64,000 nt of DNA from an uncultured delta proteobacterium. Lineage in GTDB: Bacteria > Desulfobacterota > Binatia > Binatales > Binataceae. Every line of letters starts with the position of its first letter. Position 1 is the first letter of the stretch. Positions 9,667 to 19,496 of the stretch are shown here, piece by piece. The translations under genes were made by a program, and so were the position numbers. The stretch spans positions 1,824,001-1,888,000 of the forward strand of contig CAWEEQ010000004.1 in NCBI GenBank assembly GCA_963808235.1. The letters are read 5' to 3'. The notes beneath the pieces were generated by a model that saw only the letters and a program-made list of their open reading frames with translations, was not told where the DNA came from and did not search any database.

Positions 9667-10548
9667 ATGAGCACCGAGATGTTCGATCGCAAAGAAGTTT
9701 ACGTGGGCCGCGACTTCGGCGGCATGACCTACGACATCACGCCCGATCTTGTCGCGACCTATATCGCCGGCACCGGCGACGACAATCCGTGGTATCGCGA
9801 CAAGTCTCCGCTCGGAGGACCCGTCGCACCCGCGCTGATTCTTCACAGCGCGGTTTACCAGACGCTCGGTTGGTATCTGCCGAATATCTACGGCAACCTG
9901 CACGCGCGCCAGGAATGGGAACTGTTCGGGCCTGTGATGGTCGGGGAGCGAATCACGACCCGCTCCGTAATCGTCGACCGTTATCTCAAGCGCGATCGCG
10001 AGTACGTCGTGAACGAAGTCCTCGTCGGCAACGCGAGCGGCCAGATCGTTTCGCGCAGCCGGACCCATCAGAGTTTTCTTCTCCCCGATCAAACCAAACA
10101 GGGATTCGTCGTCGATCGCACCCGCGAGAAAGATTCCAAACGATCATTCAAAATCGGCGAACGCAGCGGCGAGCCGATCGATTCCCCGATGCGCACGATT
10201 ACCGAAGACATGTGCATGGCGTTCTCCGGCCCCGCGCGCAACTATCACAACGACAAGCAAAAGGCCGTCGAGCTTGGGTTCCCCGAAATTGTCGTGCAGG
10301 GAATGATGTCAGTCTGCTTCATATCCGAAATGATGACGCGTCGCTTCGGCCTCGGCTTCCTCTACGGCGGCAAGATGGACCTGCGACTGGTCAACGTAGT
10401 TTGGGGCAACGATACCACCGGCCCCAAGGGCCTGATCGTCGAGCGTCGTCCCGAAGGCAAGCGCTCACGCGCCGAAGTCGAAGTCTGGTGCGACAAAGCC
10501 GACGCCACCAAGACCATAGTCGGCGCCGCGAGCGCGCTCGAATTGTAA
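9667..10548 (+). CDS. Double hot-dog MaoC-like dehydratase
   Basis: GDDNPWY in first domain; NYHND...GF..IVVQG in second. Confidence 0.8.
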   Translation: MSTEMFDRKEVYVGRDFGGMTYDITPDLVATYIAGTGDDNPWYRDKSPLGGPVAPALILHSAVYQTLGWYLPNIYGNLHARQEWELFGPVMVGERITTRSVIVDRYLKRDREYVVNEVLVGNASGQIVSRSRTHQSFLLPDQTKQGFVVDRTREKDSKRSFKIGERSGEPIDSPMRTITEDMCMAFSGPARNYHNDKQKAVELGFPEIVVQGMMSVCFISEMMTRRFGLGFLYGGKMDLRLVNVVWGNDTTGPKGLIVERRPEGKRSRAEVEVWCDKADATKTIVGAASALEL

Positions 10549-10572
10549 GTGCCGAGCATAGTGGCGAATCGG

Positions 10573-10791
10573 ATGCGCGTCATCGGCGCAATCGCTGTTT
10601 TCACTATGGTCGCGCTCGCGGCCTGCGCAAATCGATGCGACTACGCGCAAGTCAAATGCCAGTACGAATGCAAGCGCACCTACCAGGCGTGCGAACTACG
10701 CGGCAACGACGAGTGGTACTGCCACAACCAAATCGGTGAGTGCTGGTCGAATTGCGAAGCGACCCGCGCCGGCTGTCATTCGATCTTGTGA
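10573..10791 (+). CDS. Small cysteine-rich putative lipoprotein
   Basis: Hydrophobic signal with LAAC lipobox, then 8 regularly spaced Cys; genome-typical codon use. Confidence 0.65.
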   Translation: MRVIGAIAVFTMVALAACANRCDYAQVKCQYECKRTYQACELRGNDEWYCHNQIGECWSNCEATRAGCHSIL

Positions 10792-10803
10792 GTATCGGAT
10801 CCG

Positions 10804-12123
10804 CTATGCGGCAGTGAGCGCCTCGATGTCGGCGACCATCTTCGGCGTCGCCGCAGTCATCACTTCGTAGCCGTCGTCTGTCACCAGCACGTCGTCCTCG
10901 ATTCGAATTCCAATTCCGCGGAAACTCTCCGGCACATCTTCGTCGTCCGGATTGATGTAGAGCCCGGGCTCCACCGTCAGCACCATCCCCGGCTCCAGCA
11001 CTCGCGACGCGCCATCTAGTCGGTATAACCCTACGTCATGCACGTCCATGCCGAGCCAGTGACTGGTGCGATGCATGTAGTAGCGCCGGTACGCGCCGGT
11101 CTCGATAATCTCGGCGGCCGAACCGTGCAAAATTCCGAGCTGGCGCATCCCATCGACCAGCACCCGCAACGCAGCTTCATGTGGATCGTCGAAGCGCGCG
11201 CCCGGCTTGATCACTTCGATCGCCTGCCGCTGCGCCTCGAGAACTACTTCGTAAAGGCTGCGTTGTAACGGCGTGAAGCGCGCACCGATCGGCGAGGTCC
11301 GCGTTATGTCGGCTGCGTAAAAGTCGTACTCCGCACCTGCGTCGATCAGCAGCAGCTCACCGTTCCGCATCTCGCGATCGTTGTTGATGTAATGGAGCGT
11401 CGCCGCGTTGAATCCCGACGCGATGATCGACGGATAGCTCGGCCCGGTCGCGCCGTTGGAGCGGAACGTGTAATCGACCTCCGCCTCGATCTGCCATTCC
11501 TTCATCCCGCCGCGCGCCTTCATCATCGCGCGCTTGTGCGCCTCCGCGGAGATCTCCATCGCCCGCCGCATCGATTCCAACTCGGCCGGTTCCTTCTTGA
11601 GGCGCAGCTCGTGGATGATATCGCGCGGATCGATTATCGAGGACGGTCCCATCCCGCTTCGCGGCCGCATGCTCTGCGCCCATCGCACCAGCTTCAGCAC
11701 CCGCTCATCCATCTTCTCGTTGAGGCCGAGCGGGTAGTGGACGCGATCGCTCTTCTCCAGGTAGCGCGGCAGAATTTTCTCCAGCTCGTCGATCACGTAC
11801 GCTTTGTCGGCGCCGTACTCGACGATCGCGCCTTCTATCCCGGCGCGCCTGCCCGTCCACGTCTCGCGTTCCTTGTCGCGCGGACGAACGAACATGACGA
11901 ACTCGCCGTCGGGATGCCCCGGCGAAAGCAGCGCGACAGATTCCGGTTCTGCAAAACCGGTCAGGTAGTAGAAGTCGCTGTCCTGCCGGTAGATGAACTC
12001 GACGTCGCCGGAACGGATCGCCACCGGCGCGCTCGGCAAGATCGCGGTTGCACCCGGCGCGATCGCATCCATCAGCCGTTTGCGCCGCGCCGCGAAGCTC
12101 GTCCCGTTGTTGTTCGCACTCAT
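10804..12123 (-). CDS. pepP: Xaa-Pro aminopeptidase
   Basis: RQDSDFYYLTG, LIDAGAE, HWLGMDVHD, TVEPG, GIRIEDD. Confidence 0.93.
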   Translation of the reverse strand: MSANNNGTSFAARRKRLMDAIAPGATAILPSAPVAIRSGDVEFIYRQDSDFYYLTGFAEPESVALLSPGHPDGEFVMFVRPRDKERETWTGRRAGIEGAIVEYGADKAYVIDELEKILPRYLEKSDRVHYPLGLNEKMDERVLKLVRWAQSMRPRSGMGPSSIIDPRDIIHELRLKKEPAELESMRRAMEISAEAHKRAMMKARGGMKEWQIEAEVDYTFRSNGATGPSYPSIIASGFNAATLHYINNDREMRNGELLLIDAGAEYDFYAADITRTSPIGARFTPLQRSLYEVVLEAQRQAIEVIKPGARFDDPHEAALRVLVDGMRQLGILHGSAAEIIETGAYRRYYMHRTSHWLGMDVHDVGLYRLDGASRVLEPGMVLTVEPGLYINPDDEDVPESFRGIGIRIEDDVLVTDDGYEVMTAATPKMVADIEALTAA

Positions 12124-12177
12124 CGAAGTAAGATTACGCCACGCCGCGACCGCTGGCGCCAGAGGGTTCTTGCGCGC

Positions 12178-13019
12178 TCAGGGCAGCCCGGCGCGCGGCA
12201 CCTCGACCTGCGTGATCTCGATTCTGCCCGTCCGATTCGCAGCACATTTCTCAGGATCGGAGTTCGCTGCCGTCGCGACAAACAGCGTGCGCCCATCAGG
12301 ACCGCCGAGCATGCACGCGAACGCGTCCGTCTCGACTTTGATTCGCTCCGTTACTGCACCGCCCTGCTTCACCCGAATCACTTCCGACGCGGTCGGACAC
12401 GCAACCCAGATCGCATTTTCCGCATCCAGGCAAATTCCGTCGGGTAAGTTCTTGTCGAGCTCGGCCCACACGCGCCGATTATTCAGCGACCCGTCTGCAG
12501 CAATGTCGAAGGCAGTGAGCCGCCGCCCGAACGTCTCGCCGACGATCAGAGTTTTTCCATCCGGCGTGATGACCATGCCGTTGGGGAACATCATTTCTTC
12601 TGCGACGATTCGCGCGACGCCATCAGCCGCAACCATCACAATCGTCGTCCCGCGAGGCGTTTCGTTCGCATGCAGATCGAACCCAAAGTTGCCCACGTAG
12701 GCGCGGCCAGCCGCATCGACGACCATGTCATTGCAATGAAACGGCGCGAGCTTGCTCATATCGGCGACTGTCTTCAGCCCGTCGCGATCGAGCCGCATCA
12801 GTTTTCGATCCGTCATCGAGACGACAGCATCCGCCCATCGGGCAGCCATCCGAGTCCCGATGGCCACGCCGGCACTTCGCAAACGACCTCCGACTTGCCC
12901 GCCATATCGACCGCGAGCACCTGATGCGCATGCATGTCGGAAAAATAAAATTTCCCGCCATGCCATCGCGGGCCTTCCGGAAACGCGAGACCATCGAGCA
13001 AAACTTTCAGCCTGCGCAT
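12178..13019 (-). CDS. SMP-30/gluconolactonase family protein (one frameshift near 12825)
   Basis: N-terminus FPEGPRW in ORF 12813..13019; continues (NDMVVD, FPNG, PDGICLD) in ORF 12178..13107. Confidence 0.85.
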
Positions 13020-13033
13020 TTTGATCTCGTCCT

Positions 13034-14278
13034 CTAATCGAGTGCGCCCTTCGCCCGCATCGCATCGATTTCCGCCTTGCTGTAGCCGAGCTCCGCCAGC
13101 ACTTCATTGGTATGCTGCCCGAGCGTCGGCGCCGCCGCCTTCACTTCGCACGGCGTCGCGCTCATCCGCCACGGTATTCCGCAATGCTGCCGCTTACCGA
13201 CCTCAGGATGCTCGCGATACACGAAGTATCCGCGCTCAGTCAGCTGCGGATCCTCCGACAGGTACTTGCTGTCAGCGCATGCCGACGCTGCGACGCCCGC
13301 CTTCTGCAACTCCGCGACGACGTCCGCAACCCGCCGGCCCGAAGTCCATTCGGTGATGATCGCCTCGAGCGCGGCCTCGTTCTGCTTCCGTGCCGCGAGG
13401 GTCTTGAAGCGCGCATCGTTGGCCAGTTCCGGCTTGCCGATCGCGCGCGCGAGGCGTTCCCACTCCGCATCGTCCGCACACACGATCGACACCCACTGGT
13501 CGATCGTCACGTCCATCACCTTCTCCGGCAGATCGAGGCACTTGAAAATTCCATGCGGCGCCATCTGCGGATCGATATTTCCAACTCGCTCAGGTTCGCG
13601 CCCGTTCATCGTGTACTCGAGGATTCCCTCCGCCAGCAGGTCCATCGCGCATTCCCACTGACTCATGTCGATGTACTGTCCCTCGCCGGTTTTCGCGCGA
13701 TGGAACAGCGCGCATATCAACGCGAACGCGCCGTGCACTCCCGCGTTGGGATCGGCGTAGCTGAACCCCGCATGCATCGGCGGGAAACCTTTGTACCCCG
13801 TCAACGCCGACAACCCCGACAGCGGAACCTGCGCCGGCCCGTACGCGACGTAGTCCTTGTATGGTCCAGTGTCGCCGTAGCCCGACAGCGAGATCATGAT
13901 CACCTTCGGATTCGCTTTCTTCACCGCGTCGTATCCGAAGCCCATCTTCTCGATCACACCCGAAGCGAAGTTGTTGATCACGATGTCGCTCTGCTTGATC
14001 AACCGCCACGCCGCTTCACACGCCTCCGGATGCTTGAAATTCAGCGACAGCGACTTCTTGCCCTGGTTGTATTGGTTGAAGTAGCCCGACTTGTTGAGGC
14101 CGTCGAACACTCCGCCCGGCCACGGCGGCAGCATCCGCGTCACGCACGGCCGCGTCTTGGTCTCGATGCGAATCACTTCGGCGCCGAGATGAGCCAACTG
14201 GAGCGTGCAGTACGGGCCGGCCCACACCCACGTAAAATCGCAAACCCGTATTCCTGAAAGTGGCGGCGGCTTCGCCAT
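13034..14278 (-). CDS. Family III CoA-transferase (catalytic Asp present)
   Basis: LSGIRVCD, WAGP, N.GKKS, SGYG..GP, GFSYADP. Confidence 0.92.
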   Translation of the reverse strand: MAKPPPLSGIRVCDFTWVWAGPYCTLQLAHLGAEVIRIETKTRPCVTRMLPPWPGGVFDGLNKSGYFNQYNQGKKSLSLNFKHPEACEAAWRLIKQSDIVINNFASGVIEKMGFGYDAVKKANPKVIMISLSGYGDTGPYKDYVAYGPAQVPLSGLSALTGYKGFPPMHAGFSYADPNAGVHGAFALICALFHRAKTGEGQYIDMSQWECAMDLLAEGILEYTMNGREPERVGNIDPQMAPHGIFKCLDLPEKVMDVTIDQWVSIVCADDAEWERLARAIGKPELANDARFKTLAARKQNEAALEAIITEWTSGRRVADVVAELQKAGVAASACADSKYLSEDPQLTERGYFVYREHPEVGKRQHCGIPWRMSATPCEVKAAAPTLGQHTNEVLAELGYSKAEIDAMRAKGALD

Positions 14279-14280
14279 CG

Positions 14281-15489
14281 CTAAATCACACCTTTGCGTT
14301 TGAGTTCGTCGAGTCGCGATTGGGCGAGCCCGAGCTGTTTGTCGTACACCTCGCCGTTATGCTGCCCGAGCGTCGGCGCCGGCCGCCGAATCTCCCACGG
14401 CGTCCGTTCGTACTTGAGCGGCGCGCCGGGATACTTATGCTTTCCCGCGACCGGCTGCGCGATCTCGACGAAAAATCCGCGCGCCTTCAGATGCTCCGAG
14501 TTGAGAAGATCGCCCATCGTCGAGACCGGCGCGAACGGAACCCGCTTCGCCTGCGCCTTGCGATACAAATCGAGCACCGTCTGCTGGCTGACCCATTCTT
14601 CAAGTAACACTTTAAGCGCGTCCCAGTTGAGCGCGCGCACCAATCGGTCCTTGAAAATTTCCTCGTCGGCCCATTCCGGGTTGCCCATGATGTCGACGAA
14701 CGAGCGCCACTGATGCTCCTCGATACAGCAGAGGTAGATGTAACCGTCTTTGCACTGCATCGTCTCGACCGGTTGCAGCGGCTTCTGTCCGAGTCGCGTC
14801 GCGATCATTTTCATGTACGGCCAATACTCGAACGTCATCTCCAGCATCGAGGCGATCGACTCCTGTACCGAGACCTCGATATGCTGCCCCTCGCCGTCGC
14901 GCAGATGCGCGAATGCCGCCGCAATCGTCGCGGTCGCGCCATGCACTCCGCCCTGGTAGCCCGCCTGCTGCCCCGCCGTCTTCAGCGGCGGTAGCTCCGG
15001 ATGCTCCGGCCCTCCGCCATTCAGCACGCACACTCCGCCCGCGCACCAGAGAGTCAGGTCCTCCGCACGATAGTTGCGATACGGACCGGTCATACCGAAC
15101 GGCAAAATCGAAGTCATAATCAACTTCGGATTCACCCGATGCACTCGTTCGAAGCTGAGCCCGATCCGATCCATGTCCGGCGGCGTAACGTTGTGAATTA
15201 GAATGTCCGCATCACCGACTAGCTTCTCGAATATTTCAAAACCGTCGGGCTTCGTGATGTCGAGCGTGAGGCCGCGCTTGTTGGTGTTGAGATAAAGAAA
15301 CAGCCCGCTGGTCTCAGGATTCGGCTTGTCGCCGGGAAACGGCCCGCGCGTCCGCGCGCGATCTCCCGCGCCCGGCCGCTCGATCTTGACGACGTCGGCG
15401 CCCATGTCCGCCAGCAGTTTGCTGCAATAAGGCGCCGAGACCATCTCGCCTACTTCTACGATCTTTAAGCTGGACAACGCTCCTGCCAT
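14281..15489 (-). CDS. Family III CoA-transferase (catalytic Asp apparently absent)
   Basis: LADMGADVVKIE, LNTNKRG, PFGMTGP, APTLGQHN. Confidence 0.9.
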   Translation of the reverse strand: MAGALSSLKIVEVGEMVSAPYCSKLLADMGADVVKIERPGAGDRARTRGPFPGDKPNPETSGLFLYLNTNKRGLTLDITKPDGFEIFEKLVGDADILIHNVTPPDMDRIGLSFERVHRVNPKLIMTSILPFGMTGPYRNYRAEDLTLWCAGGVCVLNGGGPEHPELPPLKTAGQQAGYQGGVHGATATIAAAFAHLRDGEGQHIEVSVQESIASMLEMTFEYWPYMKMIATRLGQKPLQPVETMQCKDGYIYLCCIEEHQWRSFVDIMGNPEWADEEIFKDRLVRALNWDALKVLLEEWVSQQTVLDLYRKAQAKRVPFAPVSTMGDLLNSEHLKARGFFVEIAQPVAGKHKYPGAPLKYERTPWEIRRPAPTLGQHNGEVYDKQLGLAQSRLDELKRKGVI

Positions 15490-15503
15490 CGACACTCCAA
15501 TTC

Positions 15504-15776
15504 CTATTCCGGAAAAACCTGTCGGAACGGCTTCACCTCGACGCGCGCGAACACTCCACTAGTCGTATACGGATCGCTCTCCGCAAATGCTCTCGCTTCC
15601 GCCTCGCTCTCCATATCGACGATAATCAGACTGCCACTGCCATCGGTAAACGGCCCCGCGATCTTGACCTTGCCCGCATTCACGAGCGGCCGCAGATTCT
15701 CCAGATGTGCCGGCCGAATCCGCGGCCGGAGCGCCGCGCCGTCAGGTCCGTCGTGACCGATAATCACGAACAACAT
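15504..15776 (-). CDS. YciI family protein
   Basis: R..HL...AGP...GSLII...DPY pattern. Confidence 0.88.
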   Translation of the reverse strand: MLFVIIGHDGPDGAALRPRIRPAHLENLRPLVNAGKVKIAGPFTDGSGSLIIVDMESEAEARAFAESDPYTTSGVFARVEVKPFRQVFPE

Positions 15777-15815
15777 TACATAGTCCTCTTTTCTTTTAAC
15801 ACCGAAGAAGTCTTC

Positions 15816-16865
15816 CTACACCTGGTCCCGGTCCAACGACGAGCTCCACTTCCGCGACGCGCGCCCTTCCCATCCGCGCTTGTGATACGCATATCCCACG
15901 ATCAGCGGCACCGCGATGGTCGCCTCGCAATACACCATCTGCTCGTACGTCGTATCGACCTTGCCCCAACTGCTCGCTTCCTTGAGCGTGCTGCCCGAGA
16001 GCGCGCCGTCGCGCACGTCGGCGACGGTAATCTGGATCGCGTATTTATGCATCGGCACGTCATGACCCAGCACCTCGGCCGAGACCACGATGTCCTGCGC
16101 GAAATTTTTCGGCACTCCGCCGCCGATCATGAAGAGCCCGGTGCTTTGATTTTTCACCTTGAGCCGGGTCAGCTCGTAAAAATCTTTTGCGCTATCAAGT
16201 GATACTTTAGGTTTTCCGTGGCGCGCCGCCTGATGCGCCACCAACCCGAATCCGGCCGAACAGTCGCTGAACGCCGGGCAGAAAATCGGCACCTCTTCGC
16301 GAAACGCCTCCAGCACGATACTCGCGGCCGTCTTCGCGCCAGTCTCGGAAAGATACTTGCCCATCTCGCCCACAAACTCGCGCGATGAATACGCCCGCGG
16401 CTCGAGCCGGTCGGCAATTTTCTGGATCGTCTCGTCGCAGACCCTGAGCTCGTCCTCGTCTATAAGCGTGTCGTAGATTCGATCGATATGCATCTCGCGC
16501 AGCTTGTCGTCGTCGAGTCCGTACTTGAAGCGATCCTCGGCCATCCAATGCCGATAGCCGAGCGCCTCGAAGAAATCCTGGTCGACGATATTCGCGCCGG
16601 TGCTCACGATCGCATCGACCATGTGATTGCGAATCATGTCGGTGAAGACCCGCTTCAATCCGGCACTGATCAGCGATCCCGCAAGACACAGGATCACGCC
16701 GCAATCGCGATCGCGCAGCATCCGATCGTAAATCTGCGCCGCGCGATGCAAGTCGCGCGCGCTGTATGCCATCTGTCCCATCGCCTCGACGATCGGCACC
16801 ACGCTCTCACGCGTGATATCGACGTGTTCGATCGGATGCTTTAAAAATTCCGCCTTGCTACTCAT
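15816..16865 (-). CDS. Deoxyhypusine synthase-like protein (probable homospermidine synthase)
   Basis: STGAN, DRIYD, PAFSDCSAG, GGGVPKNF, DGALSGSTLKEASSWGK. Confidence 0.92.
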   Translation of the reverse strand: MSSKAEFLKHPIEHVDITRESVVPIVEAMGQMAYSARDLHRAAQIYDRMLRDRDCGVILCLAGSLISAGLKRVFTDMIRNHMVDAIVSTGANIVDQDFFEALGYRHWMAEDRFKYGLDDDKLREMHIDRIYDTLIDEDELRVCDETIQKIADRLEPRAYSSREFVGEMGKYLSETGAKTAASIVLEAFREEVPIFCPAFSDCSAGFGLVAHQAARHGKPKVSLDSAKDFYELTRLKVKNQSTGLFMIGGGVPKNFAQDIVVSAEVLGHDVPMHKYAIQITVADVRDGALSGSTLKEASSWGKVDTTYEQMVYCEATIAVPLIVGYAYHKRGWEGRASRKWSSSLDRDQV

Positions 16866-16883
16866 CTCGAAGCCTCTTGTGCA

Positions 16884-17756
16884 CTATTTGGCCGGCCCGA
16901 TTCCGCCGAGCCCGGTGTAATATAACAGGAAATAAAAAATGCCGAGCGCGATCAACGCCGCGAATGCAATGCGATCCGATGCCGCCACCGGGTATTCGAT
17001 AAACGTCGTAGGCTCCCGCGTGAATCCGAAGCCGCGCGCTTCCAGAGCCATCGCCATGTTGTTCGCCTTGCGCAGCGCTCCCATGAAAACCGGTATCACT
17101 ACCGGCACGTAGCGCCGCACCCGCTCGATCGGACCGCCCGCGTCGAAGTCGTAACCGCGCAACCGCTGCGCATCGACTATAGTCACCGCCGAGTCGATAA
17201 ACAGCGGCACCAATCGAAACGAGAGCGAGATCGCAAAGCTCACCCGGTACGGAACGTTCATCCGCTGCAGTCCATAAGTGAACTCTTCGATCTTGGTGGT
17301 CGACAAAAATAGCACCGACGCAGCCAGCAGCTCTGCCAGCTTGATCCCGCGTCCGACCCCGAAAGTGATCGAAAGCCAGGTGATTTTCAGCATCACCGGA
17401 CGCCCACCCCATCGGAACGTGCTCGTGTACGGGCCGAGCGGCACGCGAATCGAATGCGGCGCGAGATGAAACAGCGTCATCGAAAACAGCGGCGTCCCAA
17501 GCTGATAGAAAACCATCCACATCAGCGTGGTCGTGAAAATCAGAATCACAAACAGCCAGCGGAGCCGATAAAAGTTCGGCCACGAATCGGTCAACTGCGC
17601 GACCCACAGCATCAGCACTCCAATCGGAAACAGCAGAGCGATCGGGTTGTCCACCCAGTACACCGACCAGAACATGATGAACAGTGCGAACACTTTGACC
17701 GTCGGATGCAGTCTATGAACAAAAGTCCCGCGATCGATGTACAGGTAGATCGGCAT
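16884..17756 (-). CDS. ecfT: ECF transporter transmembrane T component
   Basis: LHPTVK, AQRLRG, ALEARGF motifs. Confidence 0.9.
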   Translation of the reverse strand: MPIYLYIDRGTFVHRLHPTVKVFALFIMFWSVYWVDNPIALLFPIGVLMLWVAQLTDSWPNFYRLRWLFVILIFTTTLMWMVFYQLGTPLFSMTLFHLAPHSIRVPLGPYTSTFRWGGRPVMLKITWLSITFGVGRGIKLAELLAASVLFLSTTKIEEFTYGLQRMNVPYRVSFAISLSFRLVPLFIDSAVTIVDAQRLRGYDFDAGGPIERVRRYVPVVIPVFMGALRKANNMAMALEARGFGFTREPTTFIEYPVAASDRIAFAALIALGIFYFLLYYTGLGGIGPAK

Positions 17757-19496
17757 CTAGGCGCGTCCCTTCACCCACTCGACGAACTCCTCGGTCGTCA
17801 GCGCGAGCGTGCCGAAGCGCCGGCTAAGCTCGGTGATTTCCGGCGGCCGAAACGACGAACTCCTAAGCAACTCGTCATGCATGAAAAATTCGCGCACGCC
17901 GCCGTCGAAAATCTTGGCGCCCTTTCGCATCAGCACCACCCGGCGCGCATACTCCGCGACCAGCCACGGCGTATGCGTGATGATCACAATCGCGATTCCT
18001 GATCGGTTCAAGTCGCGCACCAGGGCCATCATGCGCAGTTGCTCGCGATGGTCGAGTCCCGTAGTCGGCTCGTCGAGGATCAGCATCCGCGGCCGCAGCA
18101 CCAGCACACTTGCGACCGCGATTCGCTGGCGCTCGCCTTTGCTGAGCAGAAACGGATCGCTCTTCCGTTCATTCTGGAGGCCGACCGCGATCAGAACTTC
18201 TTCGCATCGTTTCTTGATCTCTTCATCGTCGAGCCCGAAATTGCGCGGACCGAACGCGACTTCCTCTTCAACCGTGGCGGCGAAAATCTGATGGTCCGGA
18301 TTCTGAAACACGTACGCAACTTCGCGGGCCGTCTCCGCCGGACGCATACTGATGCGATCCTTGCCCGACAGCTTCACCCGCCCCGTCGCCGGATTGAGCA
18401 ACCCCACGATCTGTTTGGCCAGTGTGGTTTTGCCCGAACCGTTCTGCCCGACGATCGCAAGAAAGTCCCCGGCCTCGACCCGAAGATCGATCGCATCGAG
18501 GACTCGCGGCCCCGCATAGCTGAAGCTCACATTTTCCACTTCGACCAGCGCCGCCCCAGTCTGCCGACTTTCAGCTGCTGCCGCATTCCCAGTGGCACGG
18601 GCGTCCCCGCCTGTGATTGCGAGATGAGGATATGCCTGAACGATCGCGTCATGCGCCTGCTCGACGCTTTCCGCCTCCGCCTCGATTCCGAGCAACTTGA
18701 GCGCGTGCCCAAGTCCGGGCGGACGCACTCCGCACTCCTCGAGTAGGCTGGTCCGCGCAAACACCGCGCGTGGCGAGTCGTCCGCGACAATCTCTCCTTC
18801 GCGCAGAACGATAATTCGATCGGCGCCACGCAGTTCCTCCGACTCGTGCTCAATTACAATAAGGCTCAAGCCCTGCTCGCGCAGCTTTCGAATCAACGCG
18901 AACACTTCCGCTCTGCCCTCCGGATCGAGATCGGTGGTCGGCTCGTCGAGCACGATCAGCCGCGGACGCAGCGCCAGCACCGACGCGATCGCCAGCCGCT
19001 GCTTCTCACCGCCCGACAGCGAAGTCGGATCGCGATGCTCAAATCCCTTCAGCCCGACCGCTTCCAGAGCGGGCGCGATTCGCCGGTTCATATCCGCGCG
19101 GTCCATCCCGACTTGCTCCATCGCAAACGCGACTTCATGCGCAACGTTGGTCGAGAACAATTGCGACTCGAAATCCTGGAAGACCATGCCCACCTTGGGG
19201 GCGACTTCGCATACGCGCAGACGCGCTAACTGCTCGCCTCCGATCAGGATCGCGCCGCTGAAATCGCCGTCCTCGAATTTCGGCACGATTCGATTGAGGC
19301 ACTTCGCCAGCGTCGATTTGCCCGCGCCCGACGCGCCCATCACCCCGATCATTTCACCGGCCGATTGCGCGAAGCTGACCCGGCTGAGTGCGGGCTTCGC
19401 CGCGCCGTGATAGGTGAACGTCACCTCATCGACGCTCACCGCATCGGCTACCACAGCCGCAGCGGCCGCATTTTCGATTTGCGTATCGGTTTTCAC
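17757..19496 (-). CDS. ECF transporter fused double ATPase
   Basis: Two Walker A (GASGAGKS, GQNGSGKT) and DEPT motifs; GTG start overlaps upstream stop. Confidence 0.92.
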   Translation of the reverse strand: MKTDTQIENAAAAAVVADAVSVDEVTFTYHGAAKPALSRVSFAQSAGEMIGVMGASGAGKSTLAKCLNRIVPKFEDGDFSGAILIGGEQLARLRVCEVAPKVGMVFQDFESQLFSTNVAHEVAFAMEQVGMDRADMNRRIAPALEAVGLKGFEHRDPTSLSGGEKQRLAIASVLALRPRLIVLDEPTTDLDPEGRAEVFALIRKLREQGLSLIVIEHESEELRGADRIIVLREGEIVADDSPRAVFARTSLLEECGVRPPGLGHALKLLGIEAEAESVEQAHDAIVQAYPHLAITGGDARATGNAAAAESRQTGAALVEVENVSFSYAGPRVLDAIDLRVEAGDFLAIVGQNGSGKTTLAKQIVGLLNPATGRVKLSGKDRISMRPAETAREVAYVFQNPDHQIFAATVEEEVAFGPRNFGLDDEEIKKRCEEVLIAVGLQNERKSDPFLLSKGERQRIAVASVLVLRPRMLILDEPTTGLDHREQLRMMALVRDLNRSGIAIVIITHTPWLVAEYARRVVLMRKGAKIFDGGVREFFMHDELLRSSSFRPPEITELSRRFGTLALTTEEFVEWVKGRA

